Part shown: positions 9,274-17,728 of the stretch, one piece after another | How positions within the stretch are numbered: the stretch's first letter is position 1 | Layout of the letters: the number at the start of each line of letters is the position of its first letter | Source of the DNA: an uncultured Mycoplasmatota bacterium | GTDB lineage: Bacteria; Bacillota_I; Bacilli_A; RF39; UBA660 | Reading direction: 5' to 3' | DNA length: 38,256 bases | NCBI GenBank assembly: GCA_947572405.1 | Contig: CANPBV010000002.1 | Coordinates: forward strand, 1 to 38,256 | The notes under the pieces: generated by a model | What the model was told of the DNA's origin: nothing | Database searches by the model: none | What the model saw: the letters and a program-made list of their open reading frames with translations, nothing else | Program-made: the position numbers and the translations under genes

Positions 9274-9969
9274 ATGAAATGGATGGAAAACATTATGAGC
9301 AATCAAGTTTTATTTTATAGCTTTTTAGCGATTTTTTGTATCGGAGCAATTGTTCTATTTACACTGATCTATATGGACCGTAAAAACTTAAAACTATTTC
9401 AAGCAGAAGAAAAGAATTTATTGGATGAATTAATAGAATCAGAAAACCAAAAGGAAGAAATTAAAATAACACAAATTAATGAGGAAGAAAAGCCGAAAGC
9501 AAATCTAGAAGAAGTTTTAGAAAAAATGCAGGCTGACTTGGATAAAAAAGAAGATGTGGTTGCAATATTTGAACAGGAACAAGAAGAAAAAGCAATTATT
9601 AGTTATCAGGAATTACTACAAAGTAAAAATAAAAATGTAGAGGGTTCTAACAAAGAATTACTTTCTGTAATAGAACAAATTAGTAATCCAGATACCAATA
9701 TGTATGAAGAAATAGAAGAACCAATAGAGGCAATTCCAACAGTATTAGAAGAACCTAAAAAATTTAAAACAACTGATTTTATTTCACCAGTTTATGGAAA
9801 ACAAAATAGTAATATTGAATATCCAAAAATTCCTAATTTTAATGAATTAAAAGAAGCAAAAAATAATATTGAATTAGAAAAAAAAGTGGATGCTTTTGAA
9901 GAATTAGATAGCAATCATAATGATGCTTTCTTAAATGCTTTAAAAGAATTTAGAAGTCATTTGGAATAA
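9274..9969 (+). CDS. Hypothetical single-pass membrane protein with an acidic Glu/Lys-rich tail
   Basis: One TM (VLFYSFLAIFCIGAIVLFTLIYM) is followed by a low-complexity E/K-rich region. I prefer the ATG at 9274 (SD ggagtga) to the track start at 9253. Confidence 0.55.
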   Translation: MKWMENIMSNQVLFYSFLAIFCIGAIVLFTLIYMDRKNLKLFQAEEKNLLDELIESENQKEEIKITQINEEEKPKANLEEVLEKMQADLDKKEDVVAIFEQEQEEKAIISYQELLQSKNKNVEGSNKELLSVIEQISNPDTNMYEEIEEPIEAIPTVLEEPKKFKTTDFISPVYGKQNSNIEYPKIPNFNELKEAKNNIELEKKVDAFEELDSNHNDAFLNALKEFRSHLE

Positions 9970-9990
9970 GCCCCTTAGGGCTTATTTTTA
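9968..9990 (+). terminator. Rho-independent terminator
   Basis: aagccc / gggctt stem, loop ctta, followed by aTTTTT. It lies immediately before the mtaB SD. Confidence 0.65.
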
Positions 9991-10001
9991 GGAGGTTGTA
10001 T

Positions 10002-11276
10002 ATGAAATTTTATATTTATACATTAGGTTGCAAAGTAAACATGTATGAAAGTAATGTTATGATAGACGCTTTAAAAAATGCTGGTTATAAAGAAACATCA
10101 AAAGAGGCTGCAGACATCTATATCATCAATACTTGTACAGTAACAAATGCAGCAGATCATAAGTCAATGAAAATGATAAGGCAAGCGATCAAACAAAACC
10201 CAAAAGCAATCATTATTGTAGCTGGATGTATGACCCAAGTTGATCAAGAAAAAGCAGAATCATTAAAAAGGGTAGATATTGTTTTGGGAAACAAAAATAA
10301 ATCGAAAATAGTAGAATATATTGAAGAATTTAAAGAAAAGCAAAAAAAGCTAAAAGACATTGAAAGTTTAGAACATGTGCCTTTTGAAACAATGAAACTG
10401 AATAATTTTAACCATACTAGAGCTTTTGTTAAAATAGAGGATGGATGCAACAATTATTGTTCTTATTGCATTATTCCTTACTCTAGAGGAACGGTCAGAA
10501 GCAAAAAAAGAGAAGATGTTTTAGAAGAAGTTAAAACACTCATTCAAAATGGACATCATGAAATCGTTTTAACTGGGATTCATACAGGAAACTATGGAGC
10601 AGAATTTAGAGATTATAAATTTGCTGATTTACTTGCTGAACTAATTAGAATAGAGGGATTAGAAAGACTTCGTATTTCTTCTATCGAAATGAATGAATTA
10701 ACGGATCAAGTATTAGAAATCATGAAAAAAAGTCCTATTTTGGTAGATCATTTACATATTCCTCTTCAGTCAGGAAGTGATACTATTTTAAAAGCTATGA
10801 ATCGCAAATATTTGAAACAGGACTTTATTAGTAAGATAGAAGAAATTAGAAAAATTAGACCAAATATTTCAATTACTACAGATGTGATTGTGGGTTTTCC
10901 AGGCGAGACAGAAATATTTTTTGAAGAAACTGTAGAGACGATTCGAAAAATTCAATTTTCAAAACTTCATGTTTTTCCATATTCTAGAAGAAAAGGGACT
11001 GTTGCGGATACCATGGAAAATCAAATACCAGAGGAAATCAAGAAAAAACGGGTACAACTCTTATTAGAACTCTCTAGAAATTTAGAAGAACAATACTTTA
11101 AAAAATTTATTGGAGCAGAACTTTCATTTATTCCAGAAATTGTAAAAGATGGATTTATTATTGGGCATACTGGAAATTATTTATTGGCAAAGAAAACAGG
11201 AACAGAATTATATCAACACAAAGAACAAAGTGGAAAAATAAAAAAAATAGAATATCCCTATGTTATTATGGAATAA
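10002..11276 (+). CDS. mtaB: tRNA t6A37 methylthiotransferase (MtaB type radical SAM enzyme)
   Basis: N-terminal UPF0004 cysteines (LGCKVN, TCTVT, AGCM), radical SAM CNNYCSYC, and synteny with rsmE. I prefer the ATG at 10002 (SD aggagg at 9990-9995) to the TTG at 9996. Confidence 0.88.
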   Translation: MKFYIYTLGCKVNMYESNVMIDALKNAGYKETSKEAADIYIINTCTVTNAADHKSMKMIRQAIKQNPKAIIIVAGCMTQVDQEKAESLKRVDIVLGNKNKSKIVEYIEEFKEKQKKLKDIESLEHVPFETMKLNNFNHTRAFVKIEDGCNNYCSYCIIPYSRGTVRSKKREDVLEEVKTLIQNGHHEIVLTGIHTGNYGAEFRDYKFADLLAELIRIEGLERLRISSIEMNELTDQVLEIMKKSPILVDHLHIPLQSGSDTILKAMNRKYLKQDFISKIEEIRKIRPNISITTDVIVGFPGETEIFFEETVETIRKIQFSKLHVFPYSRRKGTVADTMENQIPEEIKKKRVQLLLELSRNLEEQYFKKFIGAELSFIPEIVKDGFIIGHTGNYLLAKKTGTELYQHKEQSGKIKKIEYPYVIME

Positions 11277-11296
11277 TAAAAGGGAAAGGAAAAAAT

Positions 11297-11623
11297 ATGA
11301 ATCAAATAATGAACGTAGAATTTTTAAATAATGGTACAGTAAATATTGAATATAGAGGGAAAAAAAGTTCAGAAGCCAAACAGGACCTGTTACATTCTTT
11401 TTATTATGGCATTTTTAAAAAAAATTATATTGTAGAAAATAATATTGATAGACAAGATGTTGGCGACTTTATATATTATCAATTTTATTATTTTGATGGA
11501 TCCAACTCTAGGAATATTTGGTTTCAAATTCCAAAAACGGATTTGGATTCTATTCGTTATATCGATCAAATTTTATCTTCAATAGAAAAAGAAAACAACA
11601 GGAAGAATAAAAACCAAAATTAA
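11297..11623 (+). CDS. Hypothetical protein (108 aa)
   Basis: An ORF with an upstream purine-rich SD (gggaaaggaaaaaat). No motif recognised. Confidence 0.5.
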   Translation: MNQIMNVEFLNNGTVNIEYRGKKSSEAKQDLLHSFYYGIFKKNYIVENNIDRQDVGDFIYYQFYYFDGSNSRNIWFQIPKTDLDSIRYIDQILSSIEKENNRKNKNQN

Positions 11624-11717
11624 AACAAGAGAAAAAGGAAAAGTATAAGAAGAAAAAGAAGCATGTTTAGAAAAATAGATATGTTTCTTTAATCTTTCAT
11701 GCGTTATTCAAAAAAGA

Positions 11718-11747
11718 TTGACGAACAAATGTACTCTATGATATACT
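11718..11747 (+). promoter_or_regulatory. Candidate promoter of recD2
   Basis: -35 ttgacg (11718-11723), 18-nt spacer, TGa extension, -10 tatact (11742-11747). Confidence 0.4.
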
Positions 11748-11765
11748 GGTTAAGAAGTTGGTGAT

Positions 11766-14021
11766 ATGATGGAAGAAAAAAAATATATCAAAGGAAATTT
11801 TAGACGAAGTATTTTTTCTTCTGAAAAAGGATATGTCATTGGAATATTTAAAATAAAAGAAACAAATGTTGAAGCTCTCAATATTTATGTTGGAAAAACC
11901 ATTACTTTTACTGGGTATTTTCATGAGTTAAACGAAGATGATACTTACTTTTTTTATGGGGAAGAATTAGAACATCCAAAATATGGATTGCAATTTCAAG
12001 TTTCAGAATATGAAAAAGTAAAGCCAGAAGATAAAGATGGGATTGTAGAATTTTTAGCAAGTGATTTATTTAAGGGCGTTGGAGAAAAGCTTGCCTTATC
12101 GATTGTAGAAACTTTGGGAGAACAGACTCTAGAAAAAATTTTAGAAGACCCAAGTTGCTTAACGTTAGTTCCCAAAATGACCAGTAAAAAAGCGACTCAA
12201 ATTTATCAAACTTTAACAAAATATGAAGAAAGCCACAAAATAATTGTATATTTAACAGAACTAGGTTTTAGTATGAAAGACGCTCTTTTGATTTATAATA
12301 AATATAAGGGAAATACCATCTCTATGGTTGAACATAATGTTTATCTATTGATTGATGATATTGATGAAATCACCTTTTCTAAAGTGGATGATATTGCCCA
12401 TAAATTAAATATGTTAGAAGATGATGAGAGTAGAGTAAAAGCTTGTATTTTATATTGTATGAAAGAACTTACCTTTAAAAATGGAGATACTTACTTAAAA
12501 CAGCAAGAAATTTATCAAACAACTTTAAACTTATTGGGAATTAACTTAGAAGAAAATTTGTTTTTAGAATACTTAAAGGAATTAGTTGTAGAAGAAAAAC
12601 TGATAGAAGAAGAAGCATGCTATTATTTAAAAGGTATGTATGATTCAGAACAGCAAATTTTAAAAAAGTTCCAAATTTTAAGTAGAAAATCGGAAGATCA
12701 TTATAAAAAACTAGAAAATAAATTACAAGAATTAGAAGAGGCTACTGGAATTGTTTATAATGAAAAACAAAAAGAAGCTATCATAAAAGCATTAACAAAA
12801 AATTTACTGATTATTACAGGAGGTCCAGGTACTGGCAAAACCACAATTATAAAGGCAATTGTGGAACTTTATAAACGCTTACATAACTTAGATGATGATA
12901 GTTTAGAAAAAGAGCTTGCTTTATTAGCGCCTACGGGAAGAGCCTCTAAAAGAATGAGCGAAGCAACTTTGTTTCCTGCAACAACAATACATCGTTTTTT
13001 AAAGTGGAACAAAGAAAACAATCGTTTTGGAATTGATGAATATAATAAAGATAATAGTAGACTCATCATTATTGATGAAGTTAGTATGATTGATTTGTCC
13101 TTGTTTGATCATCTACTAAGAGGATTAACGGATCACATTAAATTAATTTTGGTTGGTGATTATAATCAATTACCAAGCGTTGGTCCAGGTGAACTTTTAA
13201 AAGACTTCACACTGAGTGGGGCAATAGAAACTGTCCATTTGGATTTATTATACAGACAAGATGAAAACTCATATATTACAACACTGGCGGGAGAAATTAA
13301 AGATAATGAAATTAGTAACACATTTACAGATACAAGAAGCGATTATGCTTTTTTAGAATGTAGTTCTAACCATATTCGGGAAAATTTAAAACGTCTTTGC
13401 AAACAAATTACAGAAAAAGGATATGATTATAAAAGAGTTCAAGTAATGGCACCAATGTATGCAGGTGTTAATGGTATTGATAACTTGAATAAGGAATTGC
13501 AAGAAGTATTTAATCCTAGAGATGATGTAAAAAGAGAAATTAAAGTGGGAGATATTATATTTCGAGAAAATGATAAAGTATTAGAACTAGTGAACATGCC
13601 AGAAGAAAATATATTCAATGGAGATATTGGTATTATTACTCGTATTATGTATGCTAATACTAGCAAAAGCGGAAAAAATGAAATTTATGTTGATTATGAT
13701 GGAAATGAAGTAAAATATATTCCAAAGGATTTTCACAAAATCAAACATGGTTTTATCATTAGTATCCATAAGTCTCAAGGGAGTGAATTTGAGGTAGTCG
13801 TTATGCCCATTAGTTCTAGTTACAAAAGAATGCTCTATAGGAAACTTATTTATACAGGAATTACAAGAGCAAAGCGAAAGCTGATTTTGCTTGGAGAACC
13901 AGAAGCGTTTTTATATAGTGTCCAGCATGAAGAGGAACGTATTAGAAAATCAAAGTTGTGCCAAAAATTAAAAGAATGTTTGTATAAAAGTGAAGAAATA
14001 GGAGAAAATAATGTTGTATAG
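11766..14021 (+). CDS. recD2: ATP-dependent RecD-like DNA helicase (RecD2/YrrC family)
   Basis: Walker A TGGPGTGKTT, Walker B LIIIDEVSMID, LVGDYNQLPSVGPG, SIHKSQGSEF and YTGITRAK motifs, with an N-terminal HhH-type region. 751 aa. Confidence 0.9.
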   Translation: MMEEKKYIKGNFRRSIFSSEKGYVIGIFKIKETNVEALNIYVGKTITFTGYFHELNEDDTYFFYGEELEHPKYGLQFQVSEYEKVKPEDKDGIVEFLASDLFKGVGEKLALSIVETLGEQTLEKILEDPSCLTLVPKMTSKKATQIYQTLTKYEESHKIIVYLTELGFSMKDALLIYNKYKGNTISMVEHNVYLLIDDIDEITFSKVDDIAHKLNMLEDDESRVKACILYCMKELTFKNGDTYLKQQEIYQTTLNLLGINLEENLFLEYLKELVVEEKLIEEEACYYLKGMYDSEQQILKKFQILSRKSEDHYKKLENKLQELEEATGIVYNEKQKEAIIKALTKNLLIITGGPGTGKTTIIKAIVELYKRLHNLDDDSLEKELALLAPTGRASKRMSEATLFPATTIHRFLKWNKENNRFGIDEYNKDNSRLIIIDEVSMIDLSLFDHLLRGLTDHIKLILVGDYNQLPSVGPGELLKDFTLSGAIETVHLDLLYRQDENSYITTLAGEIKDNEISNTFTDTRSDYAFLECSSNHIRENLKRLCKQITEKGYDYKRVQVMAPMYAGVNGIDNLNKELQEVFNPRDDVKREIKVGDIIFRENDKVLELVNMPEENIFNGDIGIITRIMYANTSKSGKNEIYVDYDGNEVKYIPKDFHKIKHGFIISIHKSQGSEFEVVVMPISSSYKRMLYRKLIYTGITRAKRKLILLGEPEAFLYSVQHEEERIRKSKLCQKLKECLYKSEEIGENNVV

Positions 14022-14068
14022 AGAAAATCTATACAGTAATCATAGGTTCTAGCTAAGAGGTGAGATTT

Positions 14069-14218
14069 ATGAAAATGAAGGATATGGCACTTTTGGGATT
14101 AGGTGCAGGAGCTGTTTTGATGTATCAGAAATACAATAAACCAGTTATGAAAAAAATGGAAAAAGCTATGAATAAAGTAGCAAAAAAAGCAGATAAACAG
14201 TTAGAAAATATGATGTAA
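14069..14218 (+). CDS. Small (49 aa) membrane-anchored protein, not in the ORF track
   Basis: Translates as MKMKDMALLGLGAGAVLMYQKYNKPVMKKMEKAMNKVAKKADKQLENMM. SD aagaggtga lies 5-7 nt upstream, and a strong terminator follows immediately. Confidence 0.5.
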   Translation: MKMKDMALLGLGAGAVLMYQKYNKPVMKKMEKAMNKVAKKADKQLENMM

Positions 14219-14243
14219 AAAAAGCTCATTTGAGCTTTTTTTC
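14219..14243 (+). terminator. Rho-independent terminator
   Basis: aaaagctc / gagctttt stem with a 4-nt loop, then a T run. Confidence 0.7.
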
Positions 14244-14554
14244 TTTGCATAAAATCGTTAGATTAAAAGAATGAAGTTTATTTGGAGGCATTGCTTTAGA
14301 AATAATTGATAAATGATACATTTGTTGATGCCTGTTTTGAATTGGGAAGACTTTTTTTCATGGGATCATGCCTTTTTCACTACCTCTTGTAAATTTTCGA
14401 AATATCTTTCTTTATCATCTTATATTGATGTCAATTCTTTGTTGCAAACGCATATATTATAATGTACGAAAGTACTGAAGGGGACTCTTAGGATTAAGGT
14501 TTCCCTTTTACTTTACAGTTTCATGATAATACTCTATACAAAAAAGACAAAATT

Positions 14555-14563
14555 TGATATAAT
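14555..14563 (+). promoter_or_regulatory. Extended -10 element upstream of the GH73 gene
   Basis: TGaTATAAT read directly, 29 nt upstream of the GTG start. The -35 is poor. Confidence 0.4.
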
Positions 14564-14591
14564 ATAAAAAAGAAAAAGGTAAGGTGATAGT

Positions 14592-17546
14592 GTGAAAAAA
14601 TGTCTGAATGCTTTCTTAACAGTTTTGGTGCTATTCTGTTTTTTTGCACCATCTTTTCATACAAGTGCAGCAACAGTTTATGAAGTTTACATAGAAAATG
14701 CTTCTGGAAACAATTTGGTGCTTAGTGCTGGAAATTATAAAGAAGCATATGCTTTTGCATTAGGAAAAGAAAAAGAAGATCAGAACAATAATGTAGTGAT
14801 TTATGCAGATGGAAGACTAGTTTATGCTACTTATGCATTGGTAAATTTTAGAACCAAAGCATCTTCTGGTGAAACGACAAATTATACAATTGAATTTAAT
14901 GGGAAAAAGGGCTATACAAATGGTTATTATGGAGCAGATGCTGCTTTTTTAGGAACCAATGAAGATGGGACGCAAGTTAGATTTATGCAAGCAGGAGTTA
15001 TTGGTTGGGTAAACGCAAATGAAGTAGAAGTTCTAAATATGAATAGTTCCACTTATGCTTCTTTATACACATCTGTTTATAGCATGATTTATACAGATAC
15101 TTGGGAATTAAGGCATTATGTTATGCTCAATGTAAGGAATTATAACTCTGTCGCACAGTTGATATTAGGTCAGGAAAGGCCAGTAGGCATGGCAGTTAAA
15201 ACAAATTATTTAAGTTATGATGGACACTATTTTTATCCAGAAAATTTAGAGGGATTTAGAACAATGGTTCGAGACTATAAAGCCGGAGTCAGAACAAATT
15301 CGATTAATCCAAATGACCCTTATTATAATTATTATCAATTTTTATCACATCGATCTATTTCTAATTATACAAGTGCCCAAATAAAACAGGATTTAAGTGC
15401 TTATACATCAAAACCAACCAGCTATCCAGTTTTAGCAGGACAATCACAATTATTCGGTGAAGAAACTTCTTTCATTCAGTACCAAAATGAATTTGGTGCG
15501 AATGCAATTATGATGTTTGGTACCGCGAAAAATGAATCTGGGAATGGGACATCTAATATTGCAGTCAATACCAATAATTTGTTTGGACATAGTGCTTTTG
15601 ATTCCGCTCCTGGATCAAGCGCCAATAGATATGCATCTGTTTCGCAAAGTATTTATGTGCATGCTAAGAAATTTATTTCCGAAGGATATTTAGATCCATG
15701 TGATGGATATACAGTAAATGGAAATGGAACCAGTAATAAATGTCATAATGGGAGATATTATGGAGGCAATTTAGGAGATAAATCTTCTGGAATGAATGTA
15801 AAATATGCTTCTGACCCTTATTGGGGAGAAAAAGCGGCTCAAAATTATTATTATTTTGATAAAAAATATAGTTTGCAAGATTATGGAAAATATTCCATTG
15901 GGATCAAGACAAGTTCTTCAAGTTATCCAATAAAAGCAGAGGCTAATAATAATAGTGCAACACTTTATATGACTGGAAATTCTACTAGTTATGCCATGAT
16001 CGTTTTAGAAACAGTTACAGGGGAATCGATTGGTGGAAACAATACTTGGTATAAAATTCAAACTGATCCAACTTTAAATAGTACAAGGACTGGAATATTA
16101 CAAGATCAAGGCGAATATAATTTTACGCATAATGTTGGCTATATTCATTCCTCTTATGTTGGATTTGTTAAAACTGTAAAAGAACAGAATAATCGATATA
16201 CAATTCAATTTAATCCAAATGGTGGAAGATTTGCAGACAATATTACAAGTACCAAAAGCTTAACCGTTGAAGAGTATGTAATTCCTGAAATTAGCAATCC
16301 AACTAGAGAAGGATATATATTTAAAGGTTGGGATAAAGAAGTATTGGCAGCTACGGAAAATATTACATATAATGCAGTTTGGGAACCTATCATAAAAATA
16401 TACACGATCACATTTGATGCTGGAATAGGAACGTTTGCAGACCAATCAAAAACGAAAAAATTAGAAGTGAAAGCGGGAGAAATACCAGTTCCAGAAACAC
16501 CAAGTTTGAATGGTTATACATTTACAGGATGGTCACCAAACTTAGTAGGTGCTACTAAAAATACAACCTATGTTGCACAGTATGTAAAAAATGATGAAAT
16601 TCAGTATAAAGAAACGGATGGGGAGTTTTATTTTGATAATCTAAGCTCGTCAGATAAAGGGATTACCATTACTGGATATAGTACTATTAATGGATTGCAG
16701 ATGAATCAAAACAGTCAAGTTACTTATGAAATAGAATTTGAAAATATGAATACGAAAAAAACTACATTAATTTCATTAAACCGTATTATGAATCAAAATG
16801 AAATGCCATTTATAATTGGAAATATTAATGGAACCGATGGGACGTATTCTTGGTTTAATGGCACAATTCCCTTGAGTACTTTAGAGGCTGGAGACTACAG
16901 AGCTTATATCATTGCTAAATCAGGAAACCTTTATACAAAAAAATTGGTTCGCAATTTATTTGGAAAATCGATGATCGGAAATTATATATCTGATGGAAGA
17001 CAACTTTGGATTAGGAATAACTATTATTTAAAGACAGTGCCAATGGAATTCTTTGTAAGGGATAAAATAATAGCTCCTAAAAATAATAATCCTCAAGAAA
17101 ATATGATAACTGGATATAGTAGTATCTATTTTCAAGGAACATCATTGAATATAGAGGGCTTTGCTTATAATATTAATGGGGATTATGGAGATGATTTCGT
17201 AAAAGGTGATACATTTAATAGATATTGTATTTTGGAAAACACAGAGACTTATACGACTAAGACGAATTATTTAATAGTTACGCCTCCAAGGTATGAAATA
17301 AGCCTTCGAATTCCTGATGGGTTTAGCAAAAAGAATACTTGGTTTTGGGGATCGATTGACGTTGCTTCTTTAAATAAAGGTATTTATGTTATTTATATCG
17401 CGGGTAGAACAAATATACAGGATTTTGCTGAATTAAATGATATTTTTAATAAAGAAATTAAAAGTACTACAACCATAAATGGAAAAAAATATTCTTTGAG
17501 AGTGAATCCAGAAGCGAGATATAGAATTGAATTAGTCGTAGAATAA
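14592..17546 (+). CDS. Secreted multidomain cell-wall hydrolase: GH73 N-acetylglucosaminidase + SH3-like region + two Listeria-Bacteroides (Flg_new) repeats + two C-terminal ~150-aa modules
   Basis: GTG start with SD aaggtga. Signal peptide ending FHTSAA. GH73-type catalytic block FGTAKNESGNGTS. NNTWYKIQTD is SH3b-like. Flg_new repeats: YTIQFNPNGG...GYIFKGW...YNAVW and YTITFDAGIG...GYTFTGW...YVAQY. Duplicated C-terminal signature: SWFNGTIPLSTLEAGDYRAYI / TWFWGSIDVASLNKGIYVIYI. Confidence 0.85.
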   Translation: MKKCLNAFLTVLVLFCFFAPSFHTSAATVYEVYIENASGNNLVLSAGNYKEAYAFALGKEKEDQNNNVVIYADGRLVYATYALVNFRTKASSGETTNYTIEFNGKKGYTNGYYGADAAFLGTNEDGTQVRFMQAGVIGWVNANEVEVLNMNSSTYASLYTSVYSMIYTDTWELRHYVMLNVRNYNSVAQLILGQERPVGMAVKTNYLSYDGHYFYPENLEGFRTMVRDYKAGVRTNSINPNDPYYNYYQFLSHRSISNYTSAQIKQDLSAYTSKPTSYPVLAGQSQLFGEETSFIQYQNEFGANAIMMFGTAKNESGNGTSNIAVNTNNLFGHSAFDSAPGSSANRYASVSQSIYVHAKKFISEGYLDPCDGYTVNGNGTSNKCHNGRYYGGNLGDKSSGMNVKYASDPYWGEKAAQNYYYFDKKYSLQDYGKYSIGIKTSSSSYPIKAEANNNSATLYMTGNSTSYAMIVLETVTGESIGGNNTWYKIQTDPTLNSTRTGILQDQGEYNFTHNVGYIHSSYVGFVKTVKEQNNRYTIQFNPNGGRFADNITSTKSLTVEEYVIPEISNPTREGYIFKGWDKEVLAATENITYNAVWEPIIKIYTITFDAGIGTFADQSKTKKLEVKAGEIPVPETPSLNGYTFTGWSPNLVGATKNTTYVAQYVKNDEIQYKETDGEFYFDNLSSSDKGITITGYSTINGLQMNQNSQVTYEIEFENMNTKKTTLISLNRIMNQNEMPFIIGNINGTDGTYSWFNGTIPLSTLEAGDYRAYIIAKSGNLYTKKLVRNLFGKSMIGNYISDGRQLWIRNNYYLKTVPMEFFVRDKIIAPKNNNPQENMITGYSSIYFQGTSLNIEGFAYNINGDYGDDFVKGDTFNRYCILENTETYTTKTNYLIVTPPRYEISLRIPDGFSKKNTWFWGSIDVASLNKGIYVIYIAGRTNIQDFAELNDIFNKEIKSTTTINGKKYSLRVNPEARYRIELVVE

Positions 17547-17575
17547 GACACATTTTGATTGTGTCTTATTTTTTG
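17545..17575 (+). terminator. Rho-independent terminator
   Basis: aagacaca / tgtgtctt 8-bp perfect stem, 7-nt loop, followed by aTTTTTT. Confidence 0.75.
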
Positions 17576-17704
17576 CTAGGTATGGCATATAGCTAGATGA
17601 GGGATGAGATAATTTTATATTTCCCACTTGATTGAACCTATTTACATCGTATATTTGCGACTTCTGTGTACATTATATTAGCAGAAAATGTCATTTGTTG
17701 GTAA

Positions 17705-17727
17705 GAAAAAAGCCTTTGAAAAAGACT
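17705..17727 (-). terminator. Candidate terminator of the PASTA gene
   Basis: On the minus strand agtcttt / aaaggct pairs 6 of 7 bp with a 3-nt loop, followed by T6. It starts right after the stop codon. Confidence 0.4.
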
Positions 17728-17728
17728 T

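Noticed and set aside
14313-14462. 49-aa ORF (MIHLLMPVLNWEDFFSWDHAFF...) in the autolysin leader
   Set aside because: No SD, no recognisable motif, and odd composition. It is probably a chance ORF or decayed sequence.
14246-14591. Cyclic-di-AMP (ydaO-type) riboswitch upstream of the cell-wall hydrolase gene
   Set aside because: The context is suggestive and a ggggac string is present. But the conserved elements I recall from this class (GGGGACCCA, GAATCC, a CAGCTAACCTCGTAAGC-like 3-prime segment) are not present.
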